Source: Octopus vulgaris
Taxonomy: Eukaryota
Direction of reading: 5' to 3'
Assembly: GCA_951406725.2 (NCBI GenBank)
Contig: OX597829.1
Span: 44,268,001-44,332,000 of the forward strand
Length of the DNA: 64,000 nucleotides
Positions 28,259 through 41,928 of the stretch are shown piece by piece. How positions within the stretch are numbered: position 1 is the first letter of the stretch; each line of letters starts with the position of its first letter. The position numbers were made by a program, and so were the translations under genes. The notes beneath the pieces are model-generated. The model had not been told where the DNA came from, made no database searches, and saw only the letters and a program-made list of their open reading frames with translations.

Positions 28259-29177
28259 ATGGTTCATCCCATAAATAATGCAGTTTTTTCAATTGCATGA
28301 ACCAAAAGTAGAAGTACGGGATAAACTACCTACATCAACTTGACAGAAAAGCAGGTAGAAATTTTACCTTGTACTTATTCTTAGTGCAAGTTTTAAAGAG
28401 TGAAGTTCGATTTTAACAGTTATATTTTCAAAGCTATAATGGAAGGGACAAAGGAGCATATATCTGGTATATTTTGCTTTATGAGTTCAATAAAGGCAAC
28501 AACGCAACGGAAAGTGTGAGGAATATTAATGAAGTATCTGGGGATTAGACGGTAAGCGTAAGCCAGTGTCAATAGTGGTTCCAAAAATTCCAAACCAGAA
28601 ACTACAGCCTAGAAGATGAGCTTCGTCCTGGAAGCTCTGTAGAGCTCGACGAGGACGTTCTGCAAACCCTTGTGGAACACAATCCCATCGTAACTGTTGA
28701 GGAACTAGCAGTGAAGCTTGGATTTCGTTATTCAACTATTCATCGACACCTGCGTGCCATCGGAAACGTTAGCAAATTGGGTAAATGGGTTCCTCACAAA
28801 CTTTCAGAGACTAATGCTCGAACACACACAGTGAGGATGACCTTCCAAACGCTGGAGCAGTTTGAATGGGAAACGATGCTCCACCCACCATATTCGCCAG
28901 ACATTGCCCCATCTGATTATCACTTACTCCGCAGTCTTCAAAATCATTTGGACGGAAAAATATGAATTCTGAGACGAGGTCAGAACAGTAGTAGAGGAAT
29001 ATTTTTCGTCACAGACAAGTGAATTTTGGAAGAGGAGCCTTGCAAGTCTACCAGATGGAAGAGCATTGTAGAAAGTAAAGGGGAGTATATTTTTGATTTT
29101 AAAAAATAATTTTTTAAAACTTAATTCTGAAAAGTAAGAGAATATTTAAAAACTGCATTATTTATGGGATGACCCAA
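28259..29177 (+). mobile_element. Internally deleted mariner element with TIRs and TA TSD
   Basis: TIRs 'atggttcatcccataaataatgcagtttt' / 'aaaactgcattatttatgggatgacccaa' are flanked by TA; motifs WVPHKL and HPPYSPDIAPSDYHL are present, and the central catalytic region is deleted. Confidence 0.92.
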
Positions 29178-29639
29178 TATAATATTTCTACCACTAACAC
29201 CATCAGCATCTCCATGACAACTATCACAAACTGAAGTGAAACAGTGAGCTGCAGAATCGTTAGCCCGTCGGGGCAGATGCTTGGCGGCATTTCGTCCGCC
29301 TGTACGTTCTGTTGAATTTGAACTCAAAAACGTAAAGGTCAAAATGCCGCTCAACGTTTTGTCCGGCCTGCTGACGATTCTGACAGCCTATCCGCTTCCT
29401 TATCACCAATATTAGACATCAGTAAGTTGGTGAGCTGACAAAATTGCAATCACGTTGGACCAAAATGCTTAGCAAGATTTCGTCCGTCTGCGTTCTCAGT
29501 TCAAATTTTGCCGAGATTGACTTTGTCTTTCATCAGTTTCGAGATCGATAAAATAAGTTCCAGTTGAGAATTGGGATCGATTAAATTGAACTGACTCCTC
29601 CCTGCTGGTTCTGTGCCAAAATTTGGAACCACTAAAAGC

Positions 29640-30458
29640 ATTTGTAACAACAAAAGCATGGAGGTGGCTCCAAAGGGTGAACTAGAAAAGAATCCCGAAA
29701 GCCTAATCGTCGCAGCCCAGGTCCAGGTATTGAATACCAACTCAGTGTAAAAAGAATATATACCACTCAAGTGCATCGGACCTCTGCAGGATGTGTGGGA
29801 AGAGGGTCGAAAGTGTGACTCACATTGTAAGTGCTTGGGAAAATCTTGCGCAGAAAGAATACAAGCGTAGACTCGACAAAGTAGCCCAAAACCTCTACTG
29901 GCTACTAAGCCGTAAGTAGGGATATGAGGTTACGGGTGCTTGGTACCAACATACACTGGAAAAGATAATGAACGAAAAGGGGAAGACGAAAAGCCTCTGG
30001 GACTTTGATTTCCAGATAAAGTATTGGAGCACCGAAGGCTGGATATAGTAACCTTTCGGAGGGACAAACAAGAGTGCCTAATAATTGACGTAGCAGTGCC
30101 AGGAGATCAACAATTCATCATGAAAGGAAGAGAAAAAGTTGATGAATATGGAGACCTAAGAATTGAGATCGCTAAGATGTGGAAGCTACGAGAGTCGAAC
30201 ATAAAGGTTATCCCTATTGTCATCTGAGCATTGTGTTTTATACCACCCAATCCGAAAAAAAAAAATATCTGAAAGCCTTAGAGATACCCTATAATCTAGA
30301 CGTACTGCAAAAGTCGTCATTGCTTGGAACTGCACGCATACCGCGTAAAGAAAAGTCTGTTTAAGGTCCCTGTTGCGACTTGACAAACAGTACAAACCTC
30401 CGGTAAATACAACATCTTTAATCAACAACCTCACGATATTGTATACTGTGCGACATCT
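29640..30458 (+). mobile_element. R4/Dong-type LINE 3' portion (CCHC knuckle + RLE), decayed, ending in (TAA)n
   Basis: 'LCRMCGKRVESVTHIVSA..LAQKEYKRR.DKVA', 'LWDFDFQ', 'EHRRLDIV....QECLIIDVAVPGD...EK.DEYGDL.IEIAKMW'. Confidence 0.9.
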
Positions 30459-30524
30459 ATAATAATAACAATAAAAAGAAGAATGATGATGATGATGCTA
30501 ATAATGCTAATAATAATAATAATG

Positions 30525-30609
<85 letters not shown>

Positions 30610-30634
30610 TAATAATGATAATAAAAATAATAAT

Positions 30635-30678
<44 letters not shown>

Positions 30679-30695
30679 TAATAATAATAATAATG

Positions 30696-30753
<58 letters not shown>

Positions 30754-30770
30754 TAATAATAATAATAATG

Positions 30771-30847
<77 letters not shown>

Positions 30848-30884
30848 TAATAATAATGATAATAATGATAATAAAAATAATAAT

Positions 30885-30934
<50 letters not shown>

Positions 30935-30951
30935 TAATAATAATAATAATG

Positions 30952-31027
<76 letters not shown>

Positions 31028-31040
31028 TAATAATAATAAT
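30458..31040. repeat. (TAA)n tract with higher-order duplication
   Basis: Direct reading; the variant unit 'ataaaaataataatattaat' recurs. Confidence 0.9.
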
Positions 31041-31041
31041 G

Positions 31042-31139
31042 ACAAAATCAACAATATGTAATCCTCAACAGAGATACGTTCGATGGCTGCTCACGGAAAA
31101 ACCCCATAAAAACTATAGGGTACTCTCACTTTTAGGGCC

Positions 31140-31208
<69 letters not shown>

Positions 31209-31360
31209 TGTGTGTTGTGTGTGGGTTTTATGAGTCAACAAGATTAACATAATGAAAACAAAATCAACAATATGTAATCCTCAACAGAGATACGTTCGAT
31301 GGCTGCTCACGGAAAAACCCCATAAAAACTATAGGGTACTCTCACTTTTAGGGCCCAGAG
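31042..31360. repeat. Exact ~103-bp direct duplication flanking (GT)n
   Basis: 31042-31144 reads identically to 31258-31360. Confidence 0.9.
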
Positions 31361-31855
31361 CCTTTTTCCCCTTTCCTTTTCTCCAATTGCAGGCGTATGC
31401 TCAGGGCAGGACGGTTCACTCGCACCATTCTCGTAATAATAATAATGATACTAATGATAATGATGATGATGATGAGGAGGAGGAGGAGGAGGAGGAAATT
31501 CAAAAAAATATTGTTCATGGGAACTTCACATAACCTACGCAAAACATTGTTTATGTAATCCCTAAAATATTTCAATCTGTAAACAGTGTCACAATATTTT
31601 TGAATGTACATACTAGTAAGCACCTTTTACTGTCATCTTAACATCACACTATCATCTTATAATCTAATTACTCTTAAAACAAACTTCTAATTTATTTATG
31701 ATTTGACAGACGTTCTATAAAACAATGCTCTGTGCAAAGCCGAAAACATGGCACCCTAGTCATAACACGAACTTGAACTTCTAACTTGTTGTCTGTTGAG
31801 GTCTCTGTGTGAGATTTCAAGTCAACTTGTACAAAAAACAAAGCAAAAACCAAAC

Positions 31856-31901
<46 letters not shown>

Positions 31902-31949
31902 CAACAACAACAACAACAATAGAGTAGCAGCAACAACAATAGACAATGA

Positions 31950-32845
31950 GAAGGGTGCGATGCGAATTGTAATAGATTGTTTATTTAATGGTAGGAACGA
32001 TATTTCGACAGATCATCTGTCTTCTTCAAGTTCAAAATGTCAATTGAAAACAACCGCAGAAACGCAGTAATTCAAAATATAAACGAAGAAATTCTGCGTT
32101 CCTATTTTGATAGAATGACAACATCAACTTTCAATTCTGTAAATGCTAAAAGGAAAAAGAAAGGAAAAAAAAGAAAATGGAAAATGAGTATTTAGTCGAA
32201 CGGTTTTGTGTAAATGTGATGAAATTCACCTATCATTTTATTCATTCCTCTAGGGCGTTATGTTAGTAATTCATAAGTATATTTTCCCTCATGCATTTTG
32301 AGAATTGAAAGTGTAGCAGATTCAAAATATTATCTGAGAATGTGCACTGCCAGATGTTTGTCAAAATTGCAGCTGCTTGATGGTGCCTGCCATCATACCT
32401 GTGATTGAATGGGCACAGGTATGTCAGGCACCACAGAAGTAGTTCGACAGAACTCGCCGAACATTTTACATCAAACAGCTATAATTTTGACAAACACCTT
32501 GCAGTGCACATTGTCAGAAAATATTGAGAATCTGCTACACTTTCAGTTCTCAAAATGCACGAGGACAAATATATTTGAGAATTACTAACATAAGGCCCTG
32601 GAGAAATGAATAAAATGATAGGTGAATTTTATTTAAACAAAACTGTTCGACGAAATACTCTTATTACTTTTTACTTTTTTTCTTTTCTTTTTGCTTTTTC
32701 CTTTTTTGCTCTTTGCAGGGTTTCCACGTTTGTATTTTGATTTTTTTGTGTTTCTGTGGTTGTTTTGTTTTCACATTTTGAACCTGAAGAGGACAGAGAC
32801 GATCTGTCACAATAAACAAATTATTACAACTTGCATCGCGCTCTT
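31950..32845. mobile_element. ~900-bp diverged fold-back of a PLE 3' end (GIY-YIG C-terminus + UTR + hammerhead)
   Basis: Arms are reverse complementary around about 32405-32412; both translate to 'HLAVHI.R.Y.ESATLS.LKMHE.KY..ELLT..P..MN', like the PLE 'E..I..L.T..P.GLN' motif. Confidence 0.75.
31995..32033 (-). ncRNA. Minimal type-I hammerhead (C3U in this copy)
   Basis: Minus strand: GAAC-UUGAAGA-A-GACAGA(uga)UCUGUC-GAAAU-AUC-GUUC; the opposite arm (about 32780-32808) has GAAC-CUGAAGA-G-GACAGA..UCUGUC but has lost GAAA. Confidence 0.75.
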
Positions 32846-32910
32846 TGTATTGGCTTTTTATCTTCCTGAAGAATCTCGTCAATCTTTATAAAATAATAAT
32901 AATAATAACA

Positions 32911-33476
<566 letters not shown>

Positions 33477-33559
33477 CTAATAATAATAATAATAATAATA
33501 GAAATGAATGAAAAACAACAAATATAATCCATTATAATTTGAAATTGCAACAATTTGGA

Positions 33560-33806
33560 ATATGAAAATGTATGCATTAGGAACTGTCAATAAACATATA
33601 GACAAATGGTTGTAGGAGATTCGAATTGAATGTCCCAAGGAGCCTCTACAGAAAGTTTACCTCTTACGGAGAGGAATGATTATCAGAAGGATTTTAATCA
33701 CTTGAAAGACTATTGAAAACATTTGGACATCTAAGGTTATAGGTAGTAACCCGCAACCCACATAGATTCTACCAGGAAGAAGAATGAATTTAAGTCAAAT
33801 CACCAA
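33560..33806 (+). mobile_element. Third R4/Dong-like LINE C-terminal remnant ending in (TAG)n/(TAA)n
   Basis: 'ALGTVNKHIDKWL.EIRIE..EPLQK..LL..GMIIRRIL' resembles the Dong/R4 terminal motif 'GALG...LQK..LLGT..I.R'. Confidence 0.6.
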
Positions 33807-33871
<65 letters not shown>

Positions 33872-33944
33872 ATAACAATAATAATAATAATCATGGCTTC
33901 AAATTTTGGCTCAGATCCAGCAATTCTAGTGGGAAGTGGCTAGC

Positions 33945-34013
33945 CAGTGGTTCCTAACCTGGGGCGCTAACCCTAACCGCGGAGACCTGGAGGTCCGCAA
34001 AGGCAGTAGGGAG

Positions 34014-34080
<67 letters not shown>

Positions 34081-34473
34081 AAAAAAAGACTCCGCCGGTT
34101 ACGACGACGAGGGTCCCAGCTGATACGATCAACGGAACAGCTTGCTCGTGAAATTAACGTGCAAATGGCTGAGCATTCCACAGACACGTGTACCCTTAAC
34201 GTAGTTCTCGGGGATAATCAGCGTAGTGACAAGGCTGACCCTTTGAAATACAAGTACAACTCATTTTTGCCAGCTAGTGGACTGGAGCAACGTGAAATAA
34301 AGTGTCTTGCTCAAGGACACAACGCGTCGCCGGAATCGAACTCACAACCTTACGATCATGAGCCGAATGCCCTAACCACTAAGCCACGCGCCCTCACTAT
34401 ATATATATAGGATTAGCATATTAAAAGGGGTCCGTGGGCAACCTTATTCAAATACAAGGGTTGACAACCACTA
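33945..34473 (+). mobile_element. hAT-Charlie-like MITE containing (TA)n and a nested SINE
   Basis: Termini 'cagtggttcctaacct' / 'gggttgacaaccacta' and a subterminal 'ggggtccg'. Confidence 0.6.
34088..34395 (-). mobile_element. tRNA-derived SINE (head type 2 + tail type X)
   Basis: Head matches 13740-13888; tail matches 21320-21500. Confidence 0.85.
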
Positions 34474-34699
34474 TGAAATGGTTGGCCAGCAATGGGCTGG
34501 TCGATTATATAGACTCTAGTGTTCGCCTGGTGCATATTATATCGACATCAGCATGGCAATCAACGAGTGGAAATTGCCGACGTCCATCGTGCCTATGAGA
34601 CTATTTTTGTGAACTGAGATAGGTAGGGGTATGATATCCTACGGTGCTCCTCGGGTTTTTTTCTTTTTTAGACCGGGAATCATCTTCCCAGTCGGAAAT

Positions 34700-35055
34700 T
34701 GTTAACGTGTTTGTGTGATAAGAAATCTGTTTCTTAACCACTTAGTACTGGGTTCAGTCCCACTGCATGGCATCTTGGACAAGTATCTTGGGCAAGTGAG
34801 TGGATTTGGTAGATAGAAATTGCAAGAAACCCGTTGTCTATATATATCTGTGTGTGTGTGTGTGTGCGCGCGTTTGTATGTGTATATATATATATATCCT
34901 ATCAGTATTTGTTATAGGAGCAGGAGTGGTTGTGCACCTTGTTTACCAACCACATGGTCCTGGGTTCAGTCCCACTGCGTCGTACCTCGGGCAATTGTCC
35001 TCTACTATATTCTTGGACCGACAAAAGTCTTGTAAGTGGATTTGGTAGCCTGTCG

Positions 35056-35106
<51 letters not shown>

Positions 35107-35325
35107 GTGTGTGTGTCTGTGAGTGTCTGTGTATGTTAGTGTGTCTGTTTGTCCCCCTCACCCCACCACCATGCTGGTGCGCTTACGTCCTATCAGTTCA
35201 GCAAAGAAGACCGATAGAATAAGTACTAGACTTACAAAGAATAAGTCCTGAGATCGATCCATTTGACAGGTGGTACCCTTACCTGGCTGCAAGTAAACAA
35301 GTAAGCAAATAACAGATAAAAGACA
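34700..35325 (+). mobile_element. Two old, diverged SINE family A copies
   Basis: Recognisable head and CORE-like segments at about 34710-34840 and 34916-35325. Confidence 0.75.
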
Positions 35326-35654
35326 AAAATTGGCAAGAACTATGGTGGGGGATATAGATGGAATGTCTGCAAAAGCTGGTGGGAGCGGATTCACGTCCTA
35401 CTAGATCGCTATCCAGAGAATATTATCCGGGACGGAACATTTGCGAAATGCTGATATCAGCCACAGAAGTACAAGATGCGAAGATAGATTGCACAGGAGA
35501 GAAATCACTTGGTCTGTCCTATTAGCTTTACTTTTACATATCAAACTTGTTTGGCAGTCTTTTAGCAGATACCTACTGCAACTGGCAAGAGAACAGGAGA
35601 ATTTCTAGTTCTGTAAGTCGATGAGAGGCGGCACTGCTAAGAAATTATCCAACC

Positions 35655-36960
35655 AAAGGGGATGAAATTTAAGGCCCATAATGTGCTGAACGCAGACTTC
35701 AAAATTTTGGCCAAGGTTTTAGCAAAGAGGTTGGCGCTTGTCATCGAGCATCTGATTGATAATGCACAAACATGCGCAAACCTGACCGGGTCCATCCATG
35801 GAAACCTCCACCTATGCGTTGATACAATGTTGATAGAGAGGGTAAAGAACCTGGTATGGGTAGAGCTCTGATAAATTTGAATTAATCTAAAGCGTTCGAT
35901 ATGGCAAACCATCAATTTAGGACCGGAGTTTGCTTTCATCCGGATCTCCAAGTGGAGAAGAACAGAGACGCGGCGGCTAGCAGGATAGTCAATCTCACCC
36001 AGAAATGGGCCGAGGGTTTATGTTGAACACCAGCTGTTTCTTTTTCTGGTCGTCTTAGCGAAAGAGGTTATGTAATAGACCAGATTGAAAGAGCTGAAGA
36101 CATATTTCACCTGAACGGGCATAGATGGCAAATGCACACATCGCCTCTGTTATATATTATCGCCTGACCGTCGTTCCTTGTCCCAGTTTACATCTGACCC
36201 ATCTGGAGTGCGAGCTCTTTCGATTTCTGTGGAAGGGGCGCGTTCCACTGGTCAGGCGCTCCACTTGCTGCCAATATCTTCTAAATGGAGGGCTGGGTAT
36301 GCTATGGTTGCAAATGCACAGACATGCGCTGAGGCTGCGATATCTTTAGCGCTTTCTTGAGAGTGAGTAGGTGTGGTCATCGTTTGTTAGGGACATTATT
36401 TTCCACAGCTCGTCTTTTTGTCTGAGCTGTAGTCCTGGATCAAGTGTTGACCGAGATAGGGTGCTGGCACCTACAGTGACGGCAGGAGCTTACAATCCTG
36501 TCAGTCAAGCAATGAGGTCGGTAGAAGTTCCAGTCAGGTGTTCTATAAAGATTTTGTAGCAGTCAAGTGCAATGACGTTCTCGGGGAGACTCTGGGCGTC
36601 GACGAGAATCAACTGACTGGTCTGTTCCATAGGACTTCCGGACCGGGGACTCTAGATAATTTCGGGAGATTCCTTGCCTGGCAGTGCAACAGGGGGCGAA
36701 AGGAATTGCCGTTTCGGGATAAAATTTACAGGCATAGAAATGCTGTCAGCCGGGCTTGCCCGAGAAGCGCGCTGGGTGACGAAACTATTTTGCACGTACT
36801 TGTCCGATACCTGAGTATTGCTGACCCGTGGGTTTATGTCGAACACCTGCTGTTTCTTTTCCTGGTTGTCTTAGCGAAAGAGTTTATGTAATGGACCAGA
36901 TTGAAAGAGCTGAAGACAGATATTTTCTTCTTTGTCCAAGCCCTCATCAACTGCTTGAAA
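35655..36960 (+). pseudogene. Tx1/L1-clade LINE ORF2 remnant (RT and downstream region)
   Basis: 'LNADFKILAKVLAKRL..VI..LI..AQT', 'SKAFD', 'LFRFLWKG....VRRS......GGLG', with many stops and deletions. Confidence 0.85.
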
Positions 36961-37429
36961 AAATAATATGTGTAACTCTTATCAAATGTGTTGAGTGACT
37001 CATACATTCATTTTCCCTCTTACACACAGTCACACACGCGCGCGTATATACACGTTGTGGGGAATAAATAGGAAAAGAGACCTACAGAACAACAGTCTTC
37101 TTGCAAACCACCGATGTCCAATATGTAGTTCCTTAGATCAGGTGCTGGTTTAATAAGTCATATTTAAATCCATGTTTGTTTTATGGCCTGGAGACTTACA
37201 TGATGAGTCATTAGGTGAAGTGATGGAGTCGCAAACCTTGGTGAATAATATTAACGGTAATGTGAATTTGTTGATTTTCTATGTATGTATGTATGTATGT
37301 ATGTATGTATGTATGTATGTATGTATGTATGTGTGTGTATGTATGTATGCATGTATGAATATATGTATGTATTATGTATGTATGTATGAATGTATGTATG
37401 TATGCATGTATGCATGTACGTATGTATGC

Positions 37430-38410
37430 ATGTCATTATTCAGTTTATTTCAAGATTTCTTGACAGTAGACAAAGAGTTGGTTTCTAACCTAGATACAAG
37501 GCTCCTTCATTGGAACTTCAGCCTCAACGACAGGGTATTTTGGTATGCATGCATGTATGTATGCATGCATGTATGTATGCATGTATGTATGTATGTATGT
37601 ATGTATGTATGCATGTATGTATGTATGTATGTATGTACGTACGTATGTATGTATGTGTGTATGTGCAGATTTGTATGAATTATGCATGCATTCTTATGCA
37701 TGTAGTTACATATCTAGACATGTTCATATATATTTAAATGATAGGTTATCCAGCACGGCCGCAGTCTAATGACTGAAAGAAGTAAAAGATGAAAAAAAAA
37801 AGAAATTTTTTACAGTTTCAGTGATGGATAAGATCTACAGTCTTCGAATCGGCTTCCTCATTTCTTGTTTTGAAACGTCTAATTTCTCAAGGTTGGTATT
37901 TAGGCAGTGTGTTACATATCCCGGGACTCCAATAATTACAGGTATAAACTTGAACTTGTAATCTGAATAGAGTAACTGCAGATTTCTCAATAGTTCAGCG
38001 TAGGTGTTCTCTTTTTCACTGATCTTCAGCTTTATGTTAACATCCGCTGAGCAGCTAATTTCCCCAACTGTGCAGTTTCTCTTTATCCCAAATCATTATA
38101 TCAGGTCTGTTGTGCTTACATTTTAGTGAGGTCTTCACTGGTACATTCCACCGGCATTCCTTTTCATTATTAGTGGCTATGGCTTCTACCATATTGTGGT
38201 TTCTTATTTCTTTATCCTTAGGATTATTCTTCCGATGGATTTCATTATAGAGCGTCCTAGCTACAACGTCATATCTCATCGGTAGATAATACTGTGATGA
38301 CATTTTCGGACAACTGCTTATGATGTGGTTGATATCTTCAGTATGAACTCCACAAAATCTGTAATGGTTGTCATCTTTTATGGCTTTTCCTGCATCTCTA
38401 TCCCTTATGG
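37430..38410 (-). mobile_element. R4/Dong-like RLE LINE 3' portion associated with (CATA)n
   Basis: 'RFCG..TEDINHIISSCPKMSS.YYLPMRYDVVA', 'KCKHNRPDIMIWD', 'EKENTYAELLRNLQ..Y..YKF.FIPVIIG'; the 3' UTR is interleaved with (CATA)n. Confidence 0.9.
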
Positions 38411-38769
38411 GCATCATGCCTGTATGCATGTACGTATGTATGCGCATGCGTGTATGCGTGTGTCTTTGCCGATGAGTTTGTTTGCCGCCATTGCTCGACA
38501 AACTGGCGTTGGTTTGTTTACGTCCCAGTAACTTAACGGCTCGGCAGAAATCAGCTGATAGAATATATACCAGACACTAAAAAAAAAAAATAATAATAAA
38601 ATGAAATAAAATAAGTACTAAGAGCAATTTGTTGGACTAAAAATTCTTCGAGTCCGAAAGACGGATGAAACAAGTGAAACATTAGACAAACAAGAAAAGC
38701 TAAATGGAAAATATGAAGAAATAACGAACACATTATATATAGGGAGAATAACAAAAACAATAGCAACAC

Positions 38770-38770
38770 A

Positions 38771-38803
<33 letters not shown>

Positions 38804-39465
38804 GGTCGTCGTCGTCGTCGTGGTAGTTTTAGGAGGAGTAGAGGAAGTAGTAGTGAGTAGTAGTAGTGGTGATGGTTCTAATAGTAGTAGTAATAATAGG
38901 GGTGTTGGTGTTGTTGGTTTTAGTAGTAGTAGTAGAAGTAGTAGTACTGAGTAGTAGTAGTGGTAGTGGTGGTAGTGGTAATGGCTTTAGTAGTAGTAGT
39001 AATAATAGTGGTGGTGGTAGTGGTAGTGGTGGTGGTTTTAGTATTAATAGAGTAGTAGTAGTAGTAATAGTGGTGGTGGTGATGGTGGTGGTGGTTTTAA
39101 TAGTAATAGTAGTAGTTGTAATAATAGTGGTGGTGGTAGTGGTAGTGGTGGTGGTTTTAGTATTAATAGAGTAGTAGTAGTAGTAATAGTGGTGGTGGTG
39201 ATGGTGGTGGTGGTTTTAGTAGTAATAGTAGTAGTAGTAGTAGTAATAGAGGTGGTAGTGGTTTTAGTTGTAGTAGTAGTACTGGTGGTGGTAGTTGTGG
39301 TGGTGGTAGTGGTGGTGGTAGTTGTTGCTGTGGTGGTGGTGGTGGTGGTGGTGGTGGTGGCAGCCACTGCAGGAGCAACAGCAGCACCGACAGCAGCAGC
39401 AGCAACAGCATCAGAAGCAGCAGCAGCAGCTTCAACAGGAGCAACAGCAGCAGCAACATCAGAAA
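38770..39465. repeat. Compound (TAG)n/(TGG)n/(CAG)n tract with ~125-bp higher-order repeats
   Basis: Direct reading of the sequence. Confidence 0.9.
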
Positions 39466-39720
39466 ATAGCGGCAAAAAATTGTGTTTATATATTATATGA
39501 ATTAAATGTTTGGTTACTGATGCGAAAGATCAAAAGAATTTTAGGCGACAGGAAATTACTTTACAGACATTCCAGTTACTTCATCACATTTTTTTACACA
39601 TAAATACACACATGCTCTCATATGTGTGTGTGTGTGTGCGTGTGTGTGTGTGTGTGTGTACGGGAATATATATTGTAGTTTTAATATACGTATAAAACCT
39701 CACTCAAACACACACACACA

Positions 39721-39755
<35 letters not shown>

Positions 39756-39795
39756 ACTCATTCTCCCCCCCCCTCTGTTCCTGCCTCTCTGTCTC

Positions 39796-39832
<37 letters not shown>

Positions 39833-39871
39833 GTCCATGCCCCTCTCCCGCTCTCCCTTACTCTTTCTCTC

Positions 39872-39915
<44 letters not shown>

Positions 39916-40139
39916 TGTATGTACGTATGTGTGTATGGGTGTGCATGTATGTAGGTTTCTAAGTATGGATGAATGGTTCGCACACGCATACACACATACA
40001 CACACACACACACACACACATACACATGAACAGACATGCAATCACATACGCACATGTACACACACGCATGGTCACACGTGTATGGATGTGTGTGTGTGTG
40101 TATGTGTACGTATACATATATGCTGTGTGTGTGTGTATG

Positions 40140-40188
<49 letters not shown>

Positions 40189-40475
40189 TCATGTGCGCAG
40201 AAACGCACACTCACGTATGTATGTATATGTGCATGTATGTGTGTATGTATGCATAAAATATACATATATATATATGTATATATATATGTGTGTATATGTG
40301 TATATATATATATAGATATATACATACACACACAGACACATATATATATATGTACATATGCACATATGTAGGCCATAATATGTGCCTGTCTGTCTTTTTG
40401 CTCACAAATCTGAAGATAGTAAGGAATATTCTATTCGCACAAAACCATTCGCCTGTATGGTTGTGTATGCGTCTC

Positions 40476-40509
<34 letters not shown>

Positions 40510-40723
40510 GTGTCTGGGTGGTGTGACCTGTGATATATATATGTGTGTGTAATTCTGCATAATACCATGCATGTGAAAAACTATACATATATTATTGTAC
40601 ATACTATATATATATGTGTGTGAGTGTGTGTGTATGCGTGTATATACATATGTACAAATATATATGTGTATGTGTGGGTGTATATGTACGCATGTGTGTA
40701 TGTGTCTCTGTGTTTGTGTGTGG

Positions 40724-40768
<45 letters not shown>

Positions 40769-41535
40769 TGTATGTGTGTCTGTTATAGACGATTTGACGC
40801 CGGTAGCTAAGTTTGAGAAAGGGAACGCATTACCAAGAATAAAATAATAAAAAAAAAGGCTTATCTCTCAGAACATTCTTAGTAGTAAAAACTTCCATAG
40901 TGATAGCATGACTGCCAGTCCACTGACCAATTTACTGGCCCTGCTGAATAAAGAAACTGAACATTGTCTAGAAACAAAATGGCTGTACGTTCGGGCCACA
41001 CACGCTGGACCAAACTTGCCGCCATTTTAAACGCACGATTTGCTGTACATTACATATTGTTCTCCTCTATGTACTTCATATATTCAATCGCTGCACGGAA
41101 CTTAAACTTGTACATATAATTTATCTTGAAATACATTTATTTTACACAGCATAAACGACGTCTGTGATCATAGATATATACGTATTATTATGATAAAAAT
41201 CTACGGCTTTAAAGAAGGCAGACTGTGCGGATTGAGTGATTATTCCTGTTCTTGCAGCTCCAAGGTTCATAACATATCGTGTCCGACGCTGCGTATTGAT
41301 TTAGTCAATTATAAGCTTTGATCGTGAGCAAGTTGTATGGTGAAAGAATTCCATTCGAAACTAAGCTCTATGTGTGTGTGTGTGTATAAGTGTGGATGCG
41401 TTTGTGTGCGTGTGTGTGTATGTGCGTGTACGTATGTGCATGTACGCGGGCGTGTGTAGGTAGATATTATATATATATATATGTATGTATACACAAATAT
41501 ACATACATATTCATACATATATACATGTGTTTGTG

Positions 41536-41585
<50 letters not shown>

Positions 41586-41592
41586 AATAATA

Positions 41593-41636
<44 letters not shown>

Positions 41637-41928
41637 AAACTTACTTGGAGGAGATGAAACGAAACGAAAACGAATCGAATCGACGCGAGGGCGCTCAGTC
41701 ATACAATAGTGTAATAAATAAAATATATACATACATACATATATACATGCATATATGGGTACAGGATGTCACAAACGGTGCAAATAACATGAAATACGTA
41801 AACAACAAAAAAATGGAAACAGGACAAGTAAACTCATCCTTCTCTAATTCCTATTTTCACCCTCTCCATCCTTCACCGTTTTCTATCTGTCTCTCTTTCC
41901 CCTCTTTCTCAGTTCCTTTCTCTTTTTC

